DNA from: Mobula hypostoma
Lineage: Eukaryota
Assembly: GCF_963921235.1 (NCBI RefSeq)
Contig: NC_086097.1
Coordinates: forward strand, 171,122,001-171,186,000
Length of the DNA: 64,000 nt
Direction of reading: 5' to 3'
This document shows positions 24,630 to 37,437 of the stretch, in pieces (the first letter of the stretch is position 1; every line of letters begins with the position of its first letter). Position numbers and translations under genes: made by a program. The notes under the pieces were generated by a model, which had not been told where the DNA came from, made no database searches, and saw only the letters and a program-made list of their open reading frames with translations.

Positions 24630-25560
24630 ACCATAAGACATAGGAGCAGAATTAGGCCATCTGGCCCATCAGGTCTGCTCCACCATTCAATCAAGGCTAT
24701 TCTTTTTTTTAATCTCCTCAACCCCAGTTCTCAACCTTCTCCCCGTAACCTTTAATGCCATGTCCAATCAAGAACCTATCGATCTCTGCCTTAAATGCAC
24801 CCAGCGACCTGGCCTCCACAGCTGCATGTGACAACAAATTTCACAAATTCACCACCCTTTGGCTAAAGAAATTTCTCTGCATCTCCTTTTTGAAAGAGCA
24901 CCCTTCTATCCTGAGACTGTGCTCTCTTGTCCTAGACTCTCCCACCATGGGAAACATCCTTTCCCACATCTACTCTGTCTAGGCCTTTCAAGATTCTAAA
25001 AGTTTCAATGAGATCCCCCTCATTGAATCTCCTTCTGAATTCCAGTGAGTACAGACCCAGAGCCATCAAACGTTCCTCGTATGATAACCCTTTCATTTCG
25101 GGAATCATCCTTGTGAACCTCATCTGGACACCTCCAATGCCAGCACATCTTTTCTAAGATGAGGAGCCCAAAACTGTTCACAATACTCAAGGTGAGTCCT
25201 CACCCGTGTCTTATAAAGCCTCAGCATCACATCCTTGCTCTTGTGTTCTAGACCTCTTGAAATGAATGCCAACATGACATTTGCCTTCTTCACCACCGAC
25301 TCGACCAGCAAGTTAACCTTCAGGGTGTTCTGCACAAGGACTCCCAAGTCCCTCTGCACCTCAGATTCCTGGATTTTCTCCCCTTTTAGAAAATAGTCCA
25401 CACATTTATTTCTACTACCAAAGTGCAAGACCATACATTTTCCAACATTGTATTTCGTTTGCCACTTCCTTGCCGATTCTCCTAATCTGTGTAAGTCCTA
25501 GTGCATCCTACCTGTTTCTTCAACACTACCTGCCCTCCACCAATCTTCGTATCATCTGCA
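24630..25560 (-). mobile_element. CR1 LINE RT C-terminus + 3'UTR
   Basis: ADDTKIGG, LHFGSRNK, HLEYCEQFWAP and RFTRMIP remnants; CTTATGGT tail. Confidence 0.9.
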
Positions 25561-25799
25561 TTTTGCTTGAACACTTGAGCTTTCAATTTACCCTGTGCCT
25601 TATTCGTCCTTTTCTACTGCACTGACTCTGTAACTGTAATACTTCATTCTTTTCTCTTATCATTTTTATTTAGTACTGCCTTGACATACAGAATAATCTT
25701 TCTAGGTGGCATGCAAACCAAAGCTTTTTCACTGCATCTTAGGGATGTGACAATAGTAAACTAGCTTCTGGTTAGCAGTCATCAATGTCCTCCCTTTAG

Positions 25800-25900
25800 C
25801 AGAGGAGACCTTGGTTTAACATCTCACCTGAAAAATAGAATCTCCAAAAATATGGCTGCATTGAAAGTACAAACCTAGGTCTTGTTCTGATGTCTTACAT
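25800..25900 (-). mobile_element. Deu-domain SINE remnant
   Basis: CCTTGGTTTAACATCTCACCTGAAA..CTGCATTGAAAGTACAAACCTAG is antisense to the segment at 22590-22680. Confidence 0.55.
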
Positions 25901-26859
25901 GTTAGACTCCAATGCCTCAGTGGTTATAGAGGCTTAGAGTTGTACAGATTAGAAATAGGCCCTGGCTAATTCCAAATTTGAAATAATTTCAATGATGGAA
26001 TTATTCTGATAGGAAAGGAGGCCATTTGGTTTATTGAGCCTAATTTAGCCTCCAGTGGGGCAAACTCATCAGTCCCATTCTCCCAAACTTTCCATGGACC
26101 CCTGCAAATTATTCTCTCTTAAGTACTTAATCCACTCCATTGCTGTAGAGGAAAGAATAGTGAGGGCCAATAACTAGACCATAAGATGATAAAGCAATAA
26201 TAGTAGAATTAGGCTATTCAGACCTTTGAGTCTATTCTGCCATTTGATTTATTTTCTCTCTCAGCCCCATTCTCCTGCCTTCTTCTCATAACCTTTGACA
26301 CTATTAACAGTCAAGATTCTACCAAACTCTGCTTTAAATACTCCCAATGGCTTGATCTGTGGCAATGAGTTTCACAGAATCACCACCCTCTGGCTAAAGA
26401 AATTTCTCCTCATCTGTTCTAATTGGATGTCCTTCTATTCTGAGGTGTAGTTAATAGTGTCATTCCCATGTTACTCAGCCAATCCCACATGAAGCCATTT
26501 TCACTGCATTAATTATGCACTAACATATGCGGAATGAAGAATAAACAAGAAGAAAACGTTTACCAGATACTTGCCTCGCCCAAGCCTGATCTCATTGAAG
26601 TCTGATGAGCCAAAGCCACTCTAACACTGGCTCACTCACACAATGGTCACTCTGCTTGCCCCTGCCATATTTTTATTTGCCATTTCAAAAAAATTCTATA
26701 CACTGAGTGCAGTTCAAATTCCAAAAACTGCCACAAAGCGCTGCTTCGTTAATCTTCAATCATGGACCCATGTGAAGCCACAGCTGCTTCTTATGCTCCT
26801 GTTCAGTGCTTGAGTGCAGTCCAAAGGTAGGAGATACTGGAGCTGTTTAAATTAGTAGC

Positions 26860-27068
26860 CCTGGAGGTTGAATTACCAATTCAGAGAGCCATGTTCAATT
26901 CTCAACATAGCAGCTGTGGATTTTAAATTACTGTAATAATCTGGAATTAAAGGGGTAAACCAGTCACTAGTTATAATCATCGCATGAGATCAAGCTGTGG
27001 ATTGTTCAAGTCTGGTTGACTGATGTTCTTCAGGGAAAGAAACTCATCTTTATCCAGTCTGTCTTACA
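26860..27068 (+). mobile_element. tRNA-derived SINE (second family; related copy on minus strand ~18035-18170)
   Basis: B-box-like GTTCAATTCTC followed by GCAGCTGTGGATTTTAAATT..AATCTGGAATT. The antisense relative has GTTCAAATCCCACC. Confidence 0.55.
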
Positions 27069-27339
27069 TTCAATTCAAGTTTAATTGTCACTCAACCACA
27101 CATGAACACTTGAATACAGCCAACTGAAACTGCACTACTCCAGGGTCAAGGTACAAAACACAATACCAACAGTCAAACACAGCACAATGCACACAGAAGA
27201 TAGCAAACACAATGGTATCACAACCACACAACAAAAGAGTTTAAACTCGCACTATCAATCCTCAGTTGACCACAATACAGCATGTCCCCCTCCGAATGAA
27301 CACTGGTAGGGGTGGCTCCAGCCTGGACACTGCACCAAA

Positions 27340-30300
27340 GTTGAAAGTCCAAAGTAAAATTTATTATCAGAGTGCATACGTGTCACCATATATAATCCTG
27401 AGATTCTTTTCTGTGGGCATACATAGTATATCTATAGAACAGTAACTGTAAACTGTAAACATCAGGAACTGTGAACTGTAAACAAACTGTGCAAACACAG
27501 ATATAAATAAATAGCAATAAATAACAAGCAGGAAATAACAGTATAACTGAGTCCTTAAATAAGTGTAGTTATCCCCTTTTGTTCAACAGCCTGATGGGTG
27601 AAGGGGTAGTAACTGTTCTTGAACCTGGTGGTGTGAGTCCTGAGGGACCTGTACCTGTTACCTGATGGCAGTAGTGAGAAAAGAGCATAGCCTGGCTGGT
27701 GAGGAACTTTGATGATAATGCTGCTTTTCTATGGCAACATTTCATGTAGATGTGCTCAATGGTTGGGAGGGTTTTACCCCTGATGTACTGGGCTGAATCC
27801 AACACCCTTTGTAGGACTTTCCGCTCAAAGGCTTTGGTGTTCCCATACCAGGCCATAATGCAGCCAGTCAATACACTTTCCACCACACTTCTATAGAAGC
27901 TCGCCAAATTTTTCAATGATATGCCGAACCTCCACAGACTCCTGAGGAAGTAGAGAGACTATAGTGCTTTCTTTGCAATAATATTTATATGATGTGTCCA
28001 GGACAGGACCTCTGAGATAGTGACACTCAGGAATTTAGTTACTGACCCTCTCCACCTCTGATCTCCTGATGATTACGGGCTCAGGGACCTCTGGTTTCCC
28101 TCTCCTGAAGTCTACAATCAGTTCCTTGGTCTTATTGACATTGAGTGAGAGGTTGTTATTATTACACCACTCAGTCAAGTTTTCAATCTCCATTCTGTAT
28201 GCTGAATCATCACCACCTTTGATACAGCCCACAACAGTGGTGTTGTCAGCAAACTTGTATCTGGTTTGGAGCTGTACTTAGCCACACAGTCCTAGGTGTA
28301 AAGTAAGTAGAGCAGGTGAAGTATACATCTCTGTGGTGCTCCTGTGCTGATAGAGATTCGGGTGGAGGAGATATTTTTGCCAATCCAAGTCTTTCAAGTG
28401 AGGAAATCCAGGATTCCATTGCACAAGGTGGTATTTATTAATTTACTGATTAGTTTTGAGGGGACGATTGTGTTAAGTGCCAAGCTATAATCAATAAAGA
28501 GCATCCTGATGTATGCATCTTTGCTGTCCAGATGTTCCAGGGTTGAGAGAAGAGCCAACAAGATAGCATCTGCTGTAGACCTGTCGCTTCGGTAGGCAAG
28601 CTGGAACAGATCCAAGTCACCATTCAGACAGGAGCTGATTTGCTTCAATACCAGCCTCTCAAAGCACTTCATCTCCATGGTTGTAAATGCCAGCAGGTGA
28701 TAGTCATCTAGAAAGGTTACCACACTCTTCTTGGGCACCAGTGCAATTGAAGCCTGGTTGAAGCAGGTTAGCACTACACACGGCTGAGCAGAAGGCTGAA
28801 GATATCTCTGAATACACCAGTCATTTGGTTGGTACAGGCCTCCAGTATTTGGCCTGGTTCTCCGTCCAGGCCCGATGTTTTCCTTGGATTCACTGTATTG
28901 AAGGCAGCCCACATGTTATCTTCAGATACTGAGACAAAACAATCATCAGGAGACATGGGGATGTGCAATAGTTCCTCCTTGTTCTTGTGACCAAAGCGAG
29001 CATAGAAGGCATTGAGCTCATCTGGAAGTGAAGCTCTGCTGTTTCCCATGTTGCAAGATTTAGCTTTGTATTTAAACCCTGCCACAGCTGTCGAGCATTC
29101 CTCCTTGATTCCAGTCTAGTCTGGAATCTCCATTTCACTCAAGATAGCTTTCCGGAAATCATACCTGTACCTCTTGTAGCATTCTTGATCTCCAGACTTG
29201 AATTTCTCTGATCTGGTTCTCAGCAGGTTTCAGACTTCATCGTTCATCCAGGGCTTCTGACTGGGGAAACACTGAACGATTTCCTGGGGAAACACTGAAC
29301 GATTTCCTGGGGAAACACTGAACGATTTCCTGGGAACACACTCATCTACAGTTCTTCTAATATAATCTGTAATGACCCTGGTGTAGTCATTCAGGTCCTC
29401 AGATGAGTTCTTGAACACAGCCCAGTCCACTAACTCAAGGCAATCCTGTTACCATTTGTCTGCCTCCCACGATCACCTCTTGGTTGTCTTGTCTCTGGAG
29501 CCTTGCTCTTTAGGCTCTGTTGTATACAGTTAGCAGAACTACAGCAAAATGATCTGACTTGCTGGTGGTCTTAGGAAGTAGTGTAGCAGTGGTCCAGTAT
29601 GTTAGGACCTCTGGTGTAATAGGTTACATGTTGGTGATAATCGGACAGGGTTTTCTTCAAAAAGGCCTGGTTAAAGTTGGCAAATATAATTTGAAATGTG
29701 TCGGAATGGACCATCTTTTGCTTACAGACGCCATTGTGCAGTTTTGCAAGTTCTTGCTTATAAATGGCTGCTGGTGATATGTAAACTGCAGTTTGGATCA
29801 TGGCTGACAACTCCCAAGGCAAATAGAATGGTGTACCTTTAATCATTAGTCAGGGGAACAATAAGTTGACATAATACTAACATCCATGCACCAACGAGAA
29901 CTGACTAAAAAGCATACACTGTCACCTCTTTCCTTACCAGAATTCAAGGTTTGATCCATTCTTAGAATCGTAAAACCTTCTGGTTGGTTAGCTGTGTCTA
30001 GCGTGTTCACTGTTAACCAAGTCTCACTGCAACAAACAACTGAGATCTGCCTCATCTGCCTCTGATACAGCAGCCTTGCCCAAAGATGATCAATCTTATT
30101 TTCAAGTGACGGTACGTTCGCGAACAAGATGGTGGTTAGAGGTGGCCTCATCCCTCTGCACTTCAACCGGGTTTGGATCCCACCTCTACCGCCACGTTTT
30201 CAACCTTGATCCTTAAAGGCGCCACACTTAACTGCTCCAAATTTAACCTTCGAACGTGAGATTTCGTAGTCCATTGTTAAGAGGAAATTTAAGTGCTGCA

Positions 30301-30401
30301 GATTGTGGCAAAAGTAGTTGAAAAGGAGTATATTTAAGAAGAAAACTAGTACAAAATCCTGCAGTCCGCGGAGAGTCACTGATGTACACTGGCGCCATGT
30401 T
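27340..30401 (-). mobile_element. Near-full-length Rex1/Babar LINE (APE endonuclease + RT), pseudogenised
   Basis: ILFANVPSLENKID..SETWL (EN), KCFERLV..QLAYR..RMLFIDYS (RT), KFADNTTVVG, LNVNKTKELIVDFRR, FYRSVVESVLTGCI. The 5' end starts AACATGGCG; many stops and frameshifts. Confidence 0.95.
29261..29329 (+). repeat. Perfect 23-bp tandem triplication inside Rex1 ORF
   Basis: CTGGGGAAACACTGAACGATTTC x3 (29261, 29284, 29307), followed by CTGGG. Confidence 0.98.
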
Positions 30402-30930
30402 TAATGCCACACCGCCCCCCGTGAAGTGCCCCCACCTGCCCCCCGAGGCAACACCATGGCTTGAGGTCTAGCCCTTGCACATATAAGACAACAAGCCCAT
30501 TTAGAGTATCAGTAAAGATACAAACACAAAATATATGTGTATGTAGTCCAGACCGCAATCTTTGGTTGACCACAATAGATCGTGGCAGCACCGACTCCAA
30601 CCTAGACGCCACGCCCCACCACCCCCGGCGGAGCGCACTCGCTCTGATGCCGCCCCCCCCCCCCAGGCAACACCGTGGCTTGAAGCCCACCCCTCCCATA
30701 TCCCAGATAACAAGCCTATTTTGAATATCGGTAAAACACAACCACACGAAATACACATGTATATACTCCAGACCATTAGTCTATTGAAATATTCAGCAAT
30801 CACAACAGAGCTCGTCTTTTGGCAAGCGTTCACTGAGGAGCGGGCTGCAATAACTCCAACCCGATGGTGTGATGGTGCGCCATGCCACCCCTGGTGAAGC
30901 GCGCCAGCGTGAACATCTCTCCTCCAGCAG
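30402..30930. repeat. GC-rich unclassified repeat with diverged ~220-bp tandem units (probably continuous with 27070-27340)
   Basis: CCCC..AGGCAACACC.TGGCTTGA..ACAAGCC.ATTT.GA.TATC.GTAAA..TCCAGACC occurs at ~30440-30555 and ~30660-30775. Confidence 0.6.
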
Positions 30931-32844
30931 CTTATATCTCCAGCTGCATCAATGGGGCTGACTTAGGTGGTGTTGCAACTCACTTGGTTTACAGTCCTGA
31001 CAACTATATATGGGTTGTACAGTAATGCTGCAAATGAACAAGAAGGAAAGATAGAAAAAAAGAAAGAAAGTGAGAAAGAAATAAATAAAGAAAAAATGAA
31101 GGTAAATGCCATATTAATCTCTATGACGAGGTTGTTTGTGTTGATTTAAAGAGCACACTTTTCCTCAATTGCTTTCTGGTGGATTTTGACTGATGAGACA
31201 TGCTCTATTGGTTAGCTTCTCATGTTGCATTATCAAAACTAACATTGTAATCTATAAATTAATGATTAGATTTCAGCTGGAGTATTATGTTCAGTTCTGG
31301 ACTCTACATCTTGGGAAAGAAATCATAGTCTGACAACGGTAATGTACAACATTAGCCTGAATGATATCAAGGGTGAGGGACCTCAATTGCACAAAGAGCT
31401 CAGATCTGCTGAGTTATCCCCTTATCACAAGGATGACTGAAGAGAGATACAACAGAGATACTGAAATGTTTACCAGACTGGTCCTAAGGATAATAGACTT
31501 CAGCATTATTATAAGACTGGAGGAGATGAGGTTTTGTCACAGACGCCCATTCATTCTCCAGCATATTCAATTATTTCAACTTATGTACAGTTCTAAGGCT
31601 ATCACCTTTTAAATAAACTCTCTATTGATGGATGGAAACTTCTGTGCATTTATGTATTCACAAAGGCATTAAAATTGGGAATGCTTCAACAGTGGACGTG
31701 GTGGAAGAAAATTTGACAGTAACAAATTGTATTACTTCTTGGAATAAAACTTGCAGGACTTCAGGGAAAGAGCAGTATAGTAGGGCTGACAAAACTTCTG
31801 TCAAAGAGCACACACAGACACAGTGGGTTCAATATCTTCCTTGGAGGAACCATATGATTCGTGATTCATCAAGGTTAATTGATCCCCAGGTTCATTTGCT
31901 GCCTCACAAATGATGCTTAAACACAGTTTATTCCCATCAATTTTCCATCTGGGCCTCTGCACGTAGAGTCTCATTCTGTGCTACTATGACTTGTTTAAAT
32001 TAACCAAGGTCCTTGGGCATATACTCATCTATGTTTGGGAATTTGGCATTGGTAATTGGTTTATTACTGTCATAGATATCAAAATAGAGTAAAAAAAGCT
32101 TTTGTTTGTGTTAATTCAGACAGATCATCCCAGTCACAAGTACATTAAGGCTATGTCCACACTACGCCGGATAGTTCTGAAAACAAAGTTTTTTCTCTTT
32201 GTTTTGACCTTCCATCCACACTGAAATGGCATTTTCATCTCCCGAAAATGGAGATTTACAAAAACACTCTCCAGAGTGTGTAAATTTGAAAGTGATTGTT
32301 TCGCGTTGTAGTGTGGACAGGGTAAACGGAGAGATTTAAAAACATTGTTATGACAACACCACAACAACAATGCTTTTTCTGCTTCTACTTGGGACTGCAC
32401 AAGCACTGCCGGATGGCTGTTCTTGGTTCTTGGTTCTCGATACTCCAAAATATTCCGCATGGAATTTAAACTGGTGGTGGCTTTCAAGCTGATCCCCTCG
32501 GTTTCTCTGTTTGCATCCTCTGTTCTTCTGCCCGTACCCTCAGGTCTCCCAGTCTGCGGTGGTCGTACCCTCGATCTCTGGTACCCTGGGGTCTCCAAGC
32601 CAGCTCTGTCGCTGACTGACCACTGCTTTTATAACGCGCAGTTGGTGTGAACGGCGTGAGAGTTAAATTGTGAAGCGAGCTTTTTTGACTAGATCCCCTA
32701 AATTGATTTGATTGAATCTATCTTTAAAAATATTAATGTCAGAAATACTGTGCAGGTCTGGCGGCAGAAGATTCCACTCTCTTGGTTCTTGATCCTCCAA
32801 AATATTCCGCATGGAATTTAAACTGGAGATGGCGGAGGGTGGGA

Positions 32845-33090
32845 TTAAGAAGGAGATTTTTGAAGAAGAAAAGCTGCCTTAAATTTAATTGGGTTTGGTT
32901 GTGTGACTGTGTTAGGATTAAGAATATTCCATGCTTTAATTGTGCGGGGGAAAAATGAATTGCTGTACACATCTGACTTGGTTGTTAGTATTTCAAATTG
33001 AGTTGAGTGCCCTCGTCTGCTCCTAATAGGTTTGGGTTTGATGTGGGATTGGTAGTCTATGTCGAGTTGATCATTTAACATTTTGTAACT
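32845..33090 (-). pseudogene. C-terminal fragment of a CR1-group (L2/Crack/Daphne-like) LINE ORF2 inside the Harbinger
   Basis: RSRRGHSTQF..TKSDVYSNSFFPRTIKAWNIL..FKAA. Confidence 0.75.
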
Positions 33091-33179
33091 GTTGATAATG
33101 TTGATCTTGGGTAGAGGTTGGCTTCATGCGTGTGTTGTTTACTTCATTGTCTACATTAATAGCTTGTTTGGAATTAAAC

Positions 33180-33310
33180 ATCTCCATTGCTTTGCTGACT
33201 TTGTAGTCGTTTGTAACTTGCAGAAACACCTCGACTTCATTGTCTGTCTAAACGAAGAAGTCTGGTCTGCTTTCTCCAGCGGAGGTTTTCCTTGTATTCC
33301 TTGAAGACAT
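33180..33310 (-). pseudogene. Myb/SANT-like DNA-binding protein N-terminus (Harbinger accessory ORF relic)
   Basis: Hand translation from the ATG at 33310: MSSRNTRKTSAGESRPDFFV*TDNEVEVFLQVTNDYKVSKAME, with TAG at the position of the Myb 'WT..E' Trp. Confidence 0.7.
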
Positions 33311-34918
33311 TTTTGAAAACTTTCTTTTGCTGCTGTTGTAGGTGCTCTAGTTTTTGACCAATGGAAATAGCATAACGCCGCCGCGGAAATGTAAATATTA
33401 TACCATTTCCCCTTCGCTTGTTTTCTGTAGATGTGTCTGTGCTTTCCCAGTAGGAGGAGATTCATCCAAATACCTACTTTAGTGTGGACAGAGATATTTT
33501 GAAAAACGGCTAGTGTGGACACCTGTTGTTTTTACTCGAAACCAGCGTTTTCAAAATTATCCGGTCTAGTGTGGACGTTGTCTAAGATAGTAAACAAGGA
33601 AAACAGAATGCAGAACATATTGCTACATTTACTGTTGGCAGACATATGAAGTGCAAGGGCCATGGTGAGGTAAATTGAGAAATCAAGAATTCAAGATTTC
33701 ATCATTTAACATGAGAGGTTTATTTAAGAGTTTGTTAGGATTCTTGGCGTGGCTTCTATAAAGATCATGGCCAGACAATGATTCCAGCTCTCTCCCCTAA
33801 CCCCCTGTGTCCTTCAGTCATAGCTGAAGATCTCAGTACAAACAAAAGGAAGAGTGTGATAGCATTTGAGAGGATGCTGAGGTTGGTGGGCCTTCAATAA
33901 TGTCAATAGGGCTAACATTTGATACTCAACAATGTTTACTAGCAGAGACTATCCCAACCGGGGCTATTCCCTTCGATGCAGAAGAGTTTGAGGGTGGACC
34001 TAAATGGGACATTATTTTGAGAGGCCTAGAAAGAGTGAACAGGAACAGCATTACAGAGTTGAGCAAAAAGGTATTTCACCAGCGAATGATGTAGAATTTA
34101 CCACTTAAAGGGTGGTGGAAGTAGAATCTCTCCTCATCAGATAATAACCAGATGTGCATCAAGGGCCATGACCCATTTGGGCTGCAGAACAAGCACTGGG
34201 AAATGTGAGTAACCTCAGGTTAATTTTTAGCCGATGTGCAGACAATGGGCAGAATGATCTCCAAAACATACACGATTCTATCAATCTGCCTGTCTACTCA
34301 CAGCTTATCCTCTGAGAGATGAAGATGAGGTCTGATGCCTTGCGCAAAGCACACAAAATATTGGAGGAACTCAGCATCTATGGAGGGAAATGAACAGTCG
34401 ATGTTTCAGGTCAAGATTTTTAGTCAGGACTGATGCCCTGTTGGTGTCATCAAGATTCTGATATGAGCAGCACTTGTAGAACGCAAATCAGGTGCCCACA
34501 TCTATCCAATTACTTCCTTCACAAAAAAAAAATTGTCTAAAGAAATGATACATGATAAAATCTCAAGTCATGAAAGGAAGTTTTGCATTGTTTTCTACCT
34601 TCTCTATAAAAAGAAACTGACGTTATATGATTGATAGGAATATTCGCTTGAATCTCAATGGACGAGGTGACCATTCTCCTTCACACTCCATCACAGTGAC
34701 AGTTGGCAATGGATTGAATACAAAGGCTTATTAAGAATACCAAGAGCTCCAGTAAATGTTGATATTTGTTTTCAACCAGTGGTACAGTCACAAGCAAAAT
34801 TAACAGCTGTCAAAATGACCTTGGATGTTAAAGCCTGAAGTTTTAAATGCACTAAGATACCAGGAACTTGCATTTGTATACACCGTATGAAGATTTCATA
34901 TTTCTAAGAATCCTGATG

Positions 34919-35055
34919 AGTCCTGATGAAAGTTCTTGGCCTGAAATGTCAATTGTTTTCATTCACATAGATGCCGCCTGATCTGCTGAGTTCCTTCAGC
35001 ATTTTGTGTGTTTTATTCTGGATTTCCAGCATCAGCAGTATCTCTTGTGTTCATA
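34919..35055 (+). mobile_element. Penelope terminal repeat with hammerhead relic
   Basis: AGTC-CTGATGA-AAGTTCTTGGCCT-GAAA-TGTC followed by GATGCCGCCTGATCTGCTGAGTTCC. Confidence 0.75.
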
Positions 35056-36074
35056 TCTCTACAGCTTCTTTAATGATGTCAACTTAATACACTGGGCCAT
35101 AAAATAAAGTATTTTTGGAGTGTAATCACTGACATATTGTTGAGAAGTTGTAGCCAGTTTGTGCACAGTAAGATCCCATTAAAATCCTAATCTACCCGGT
35201 TCTCTCTCTACATTCATCCCTGCCCCCACCACACAGTTTCATTCTCCTTCTCCAACTACTCCATCTGCCCATCACCCACACGCCCTCCCAACTGTTTCTC
35301 CTCCCCCACTCCCCTCCCTAACTTAACTCAATGCTCCACCTTCTCAAATTCTAACATATACAGCCTATCATTGTGTCCACTAATCACCACCCATTCTCCA
35401 CTGCTATTTCCACTTGTCCCTCTTTAATCTACTTATCACTCCTCCTCACCTGGATCCACCTATCACTTGCCATCTCTTTCTCCACTTCCTCCCTTCACCA
35501 ATTTATACTGGCTATCTCCCTTCTATCTGTCAGTCCTGAAACAAGGGCCTCAGCTTGGAAAGTACATTGTCTATATCTCTTCACAGATGCTGCCTGGCCT
35601 CCAGGGTTCTTCCATCATCTTGTGTGTGTGTTGCTTTCATGAAAGCACTGTAATAGCAATAATTTATAATGATACTGGTTGGTAGGTGACTGTTAGACAG
35701 GGTATTCTGAGGGTTCTTGATAGGGTAAGTGTGAAGAGAGTTTTTCCTCTTGTGACAGAATCTGTAACTAGGGGTCACTATTTAATGATAAAGCGCTTAC
35801 TATTTAATATTGAGATGAAGTGGAATTTCTTCAGTTAGAACGTTGTGAGCATGTGAAATTCTCTGCTTCAGGGTGTGGGAAGAGGATCTGAAGAAACTTG
35901 ATAATCAGAAGGATGAAAGGTAAAGGTATCTAGCAGAAGATGGGAATGTGAAGTTAATTTTGCAGTCACATGACTGAATAGGTTCTCTATTCTTAATTCA
36001 TTTCAAATAGGAATATGGGATCTTCCTGTCTGAGAGGAGACAGCATGATCTGTCATGTTCAAGGAGACCATCAT

Positions 36075-36580
36075 CAAGTGTACAAAATGTTGGTGAGACC
36101 ACACTTGCAGTATTGTGTTCAGTTTCAGTCACCCAGCCATACAAAGGATATCATTAATCTGGAAAGGATGCGGAATAAAGGTTACAGGGATATTTCCGGG
36201 ACTAGACAGTTTGAATTGTAAAGAGAGACTGCAAAGATTGGGGCTTTTCCTGGCGTGCAGGAAGCTGAGGGGTCACCTTCTATTGGATTGTAAAATGTTG
36301 AGGGGTGTCGATATAATGAATGGTTACTGTCTTTTCCGCGGGGTAGGAGTGTTGAACACTGAAGGTCACAGGTATAAGGTGAGGGGTGATTGAGTTAAAG
36401 GAGAAATGAGAGGCACCTTTTTCCACACAGAGGATGGTAGGTACTGTATGTGGAATGAGGTGCTAGAAGAAGTGGTAGAGATGGGAAAAAATACATTGTT
36501 TAAAAGATATTTTCACAGTGGATGGATTGGAAAAGTTTAGAGGGGTGAGGGCTGTATAACTCTGTTTCCATAACTCTAAG
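36075..36580 (+). mobile_element. Old CR1 3' fragment
   Basis: YKMLVRPHLQYCVQF, PGLDSL.CKERLQRLGLF. Confidence 0.8.
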
Positions 36581-37003
36581 TGAAAAATTGCCCAGGAAGG
36601 ACTGGACTATAGGATCATTAATTTTCATCCGTGTTCATGCAAAACCTAAACACAAGCCAAGTGGTAAATTTACCAACAACAGCAATTTGCATTTCTATAG
36701 CATCTGCAACACAACAAATCCACAGGATGATTCCACTATGTCCAATGTTCAGAATGTAAATTGGTGAATTGGTTTACTATTGTCATGTATACTAAGGTAC
36801 AGTGAAAATCTCCTCTTTCACACTGTCCACACAGATCAATTTATTGAGGTAGTACAAGGGAAATCAAAACCAGAGTGCAGATACAGTGTTACAGTTACAG
36901 AGAAAGTGCAGTGCAGGCAGACAGGTGCCAGTTCATAATGAGCAACACACATAAAAGTTGCTGGTGAACACAGCAGGCCAGGCAGCATCTCTAGGAAGAG
37001 GTA

Positions 37004-37040
37004 CAGTCAACGTTTCAGGCCGAGACCCTTCGTCAGGGCT
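37004..37040 (-). ncRNA. Minimal type-I hammerhead ribozyme motif
   Basis: Minus strand: AGCC-CTGACGA-AGGGTCTCGGCCT-GAAA-CG-TT-GACTG; catalytic core intact. Confidence 0.7.
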
Positions 37041-37400
37041 AACTGAAAGAAGAGCTAGTAAGAGATGTGAAAGTGGGAGGGGGAGGGGGAGGGGGAGATC
37101 CAAAATGATAGGAGAAGACAGGAGGGGGAGGGATGGAGCCAAGAGCTGGACAGTTGATTGGCAAAAGGGGTATGAGAGGATCATGGGAGGGGAGGCCTAG
37201 GGAGAAAGAAAAGGGGAAGGGGGTGAAAAACAGAGGATGGGCAAGGGGTAGTATAGTGAGGGGGACATATCCTCTCATATCCCTTTTGCCAATCAACTGT
37301 CCAGCTCTTGGCTCCATCCCTCCCCCTCCTGTCTTCTATCATTTCAGATCTCTCCCTCCCCCTCTCACTTTCAAATCTCTTACTAGCTCTCCTTTCAGTT

Positions 37401-37437
37401 AGTCTTGACGAAGAGTCTCGGCCCGAAACGTCGACTG
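37401..37437 (+). ncRNA. Minimal type-I hammerhead ribozyme motif (C3U variant)
   Basis: AGTC-TTGACGA-AGAGTCTCGGCCC-GAAA-CG-TC-GACT; stem I AGTC/GACT, GUC cleavage triplet. Confidence 0.65.

Larger units (their letters stand above)
32149..33582. mobile_element. Non-autonomous PIF/Harbinger DNA transposon (1434 bp)
   Basis: TIRs GGCTATGTCCACACTACGCCGGATAGTTCTGAAAAC / GTTTTCAAAATTATCCGGTCTAGTGTGGACGTTGTC; TAA TSD at 32146-32148 and 33583-33585; subterminal AGTGTGGAC repeats. Confidence 0.9.

Noticed and set aside
26575..26620. Faint 5S rRNA resemblance (GCCTGATCTCATTGAAGTC)
   Set aside because: Too short and divergent; no continuation into the 5S internal control region.
29261..29329. CRISPR-like direct repeats
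   Set aside because: Head-to-tail units with no spacers, inside a eukaryotic LINE.
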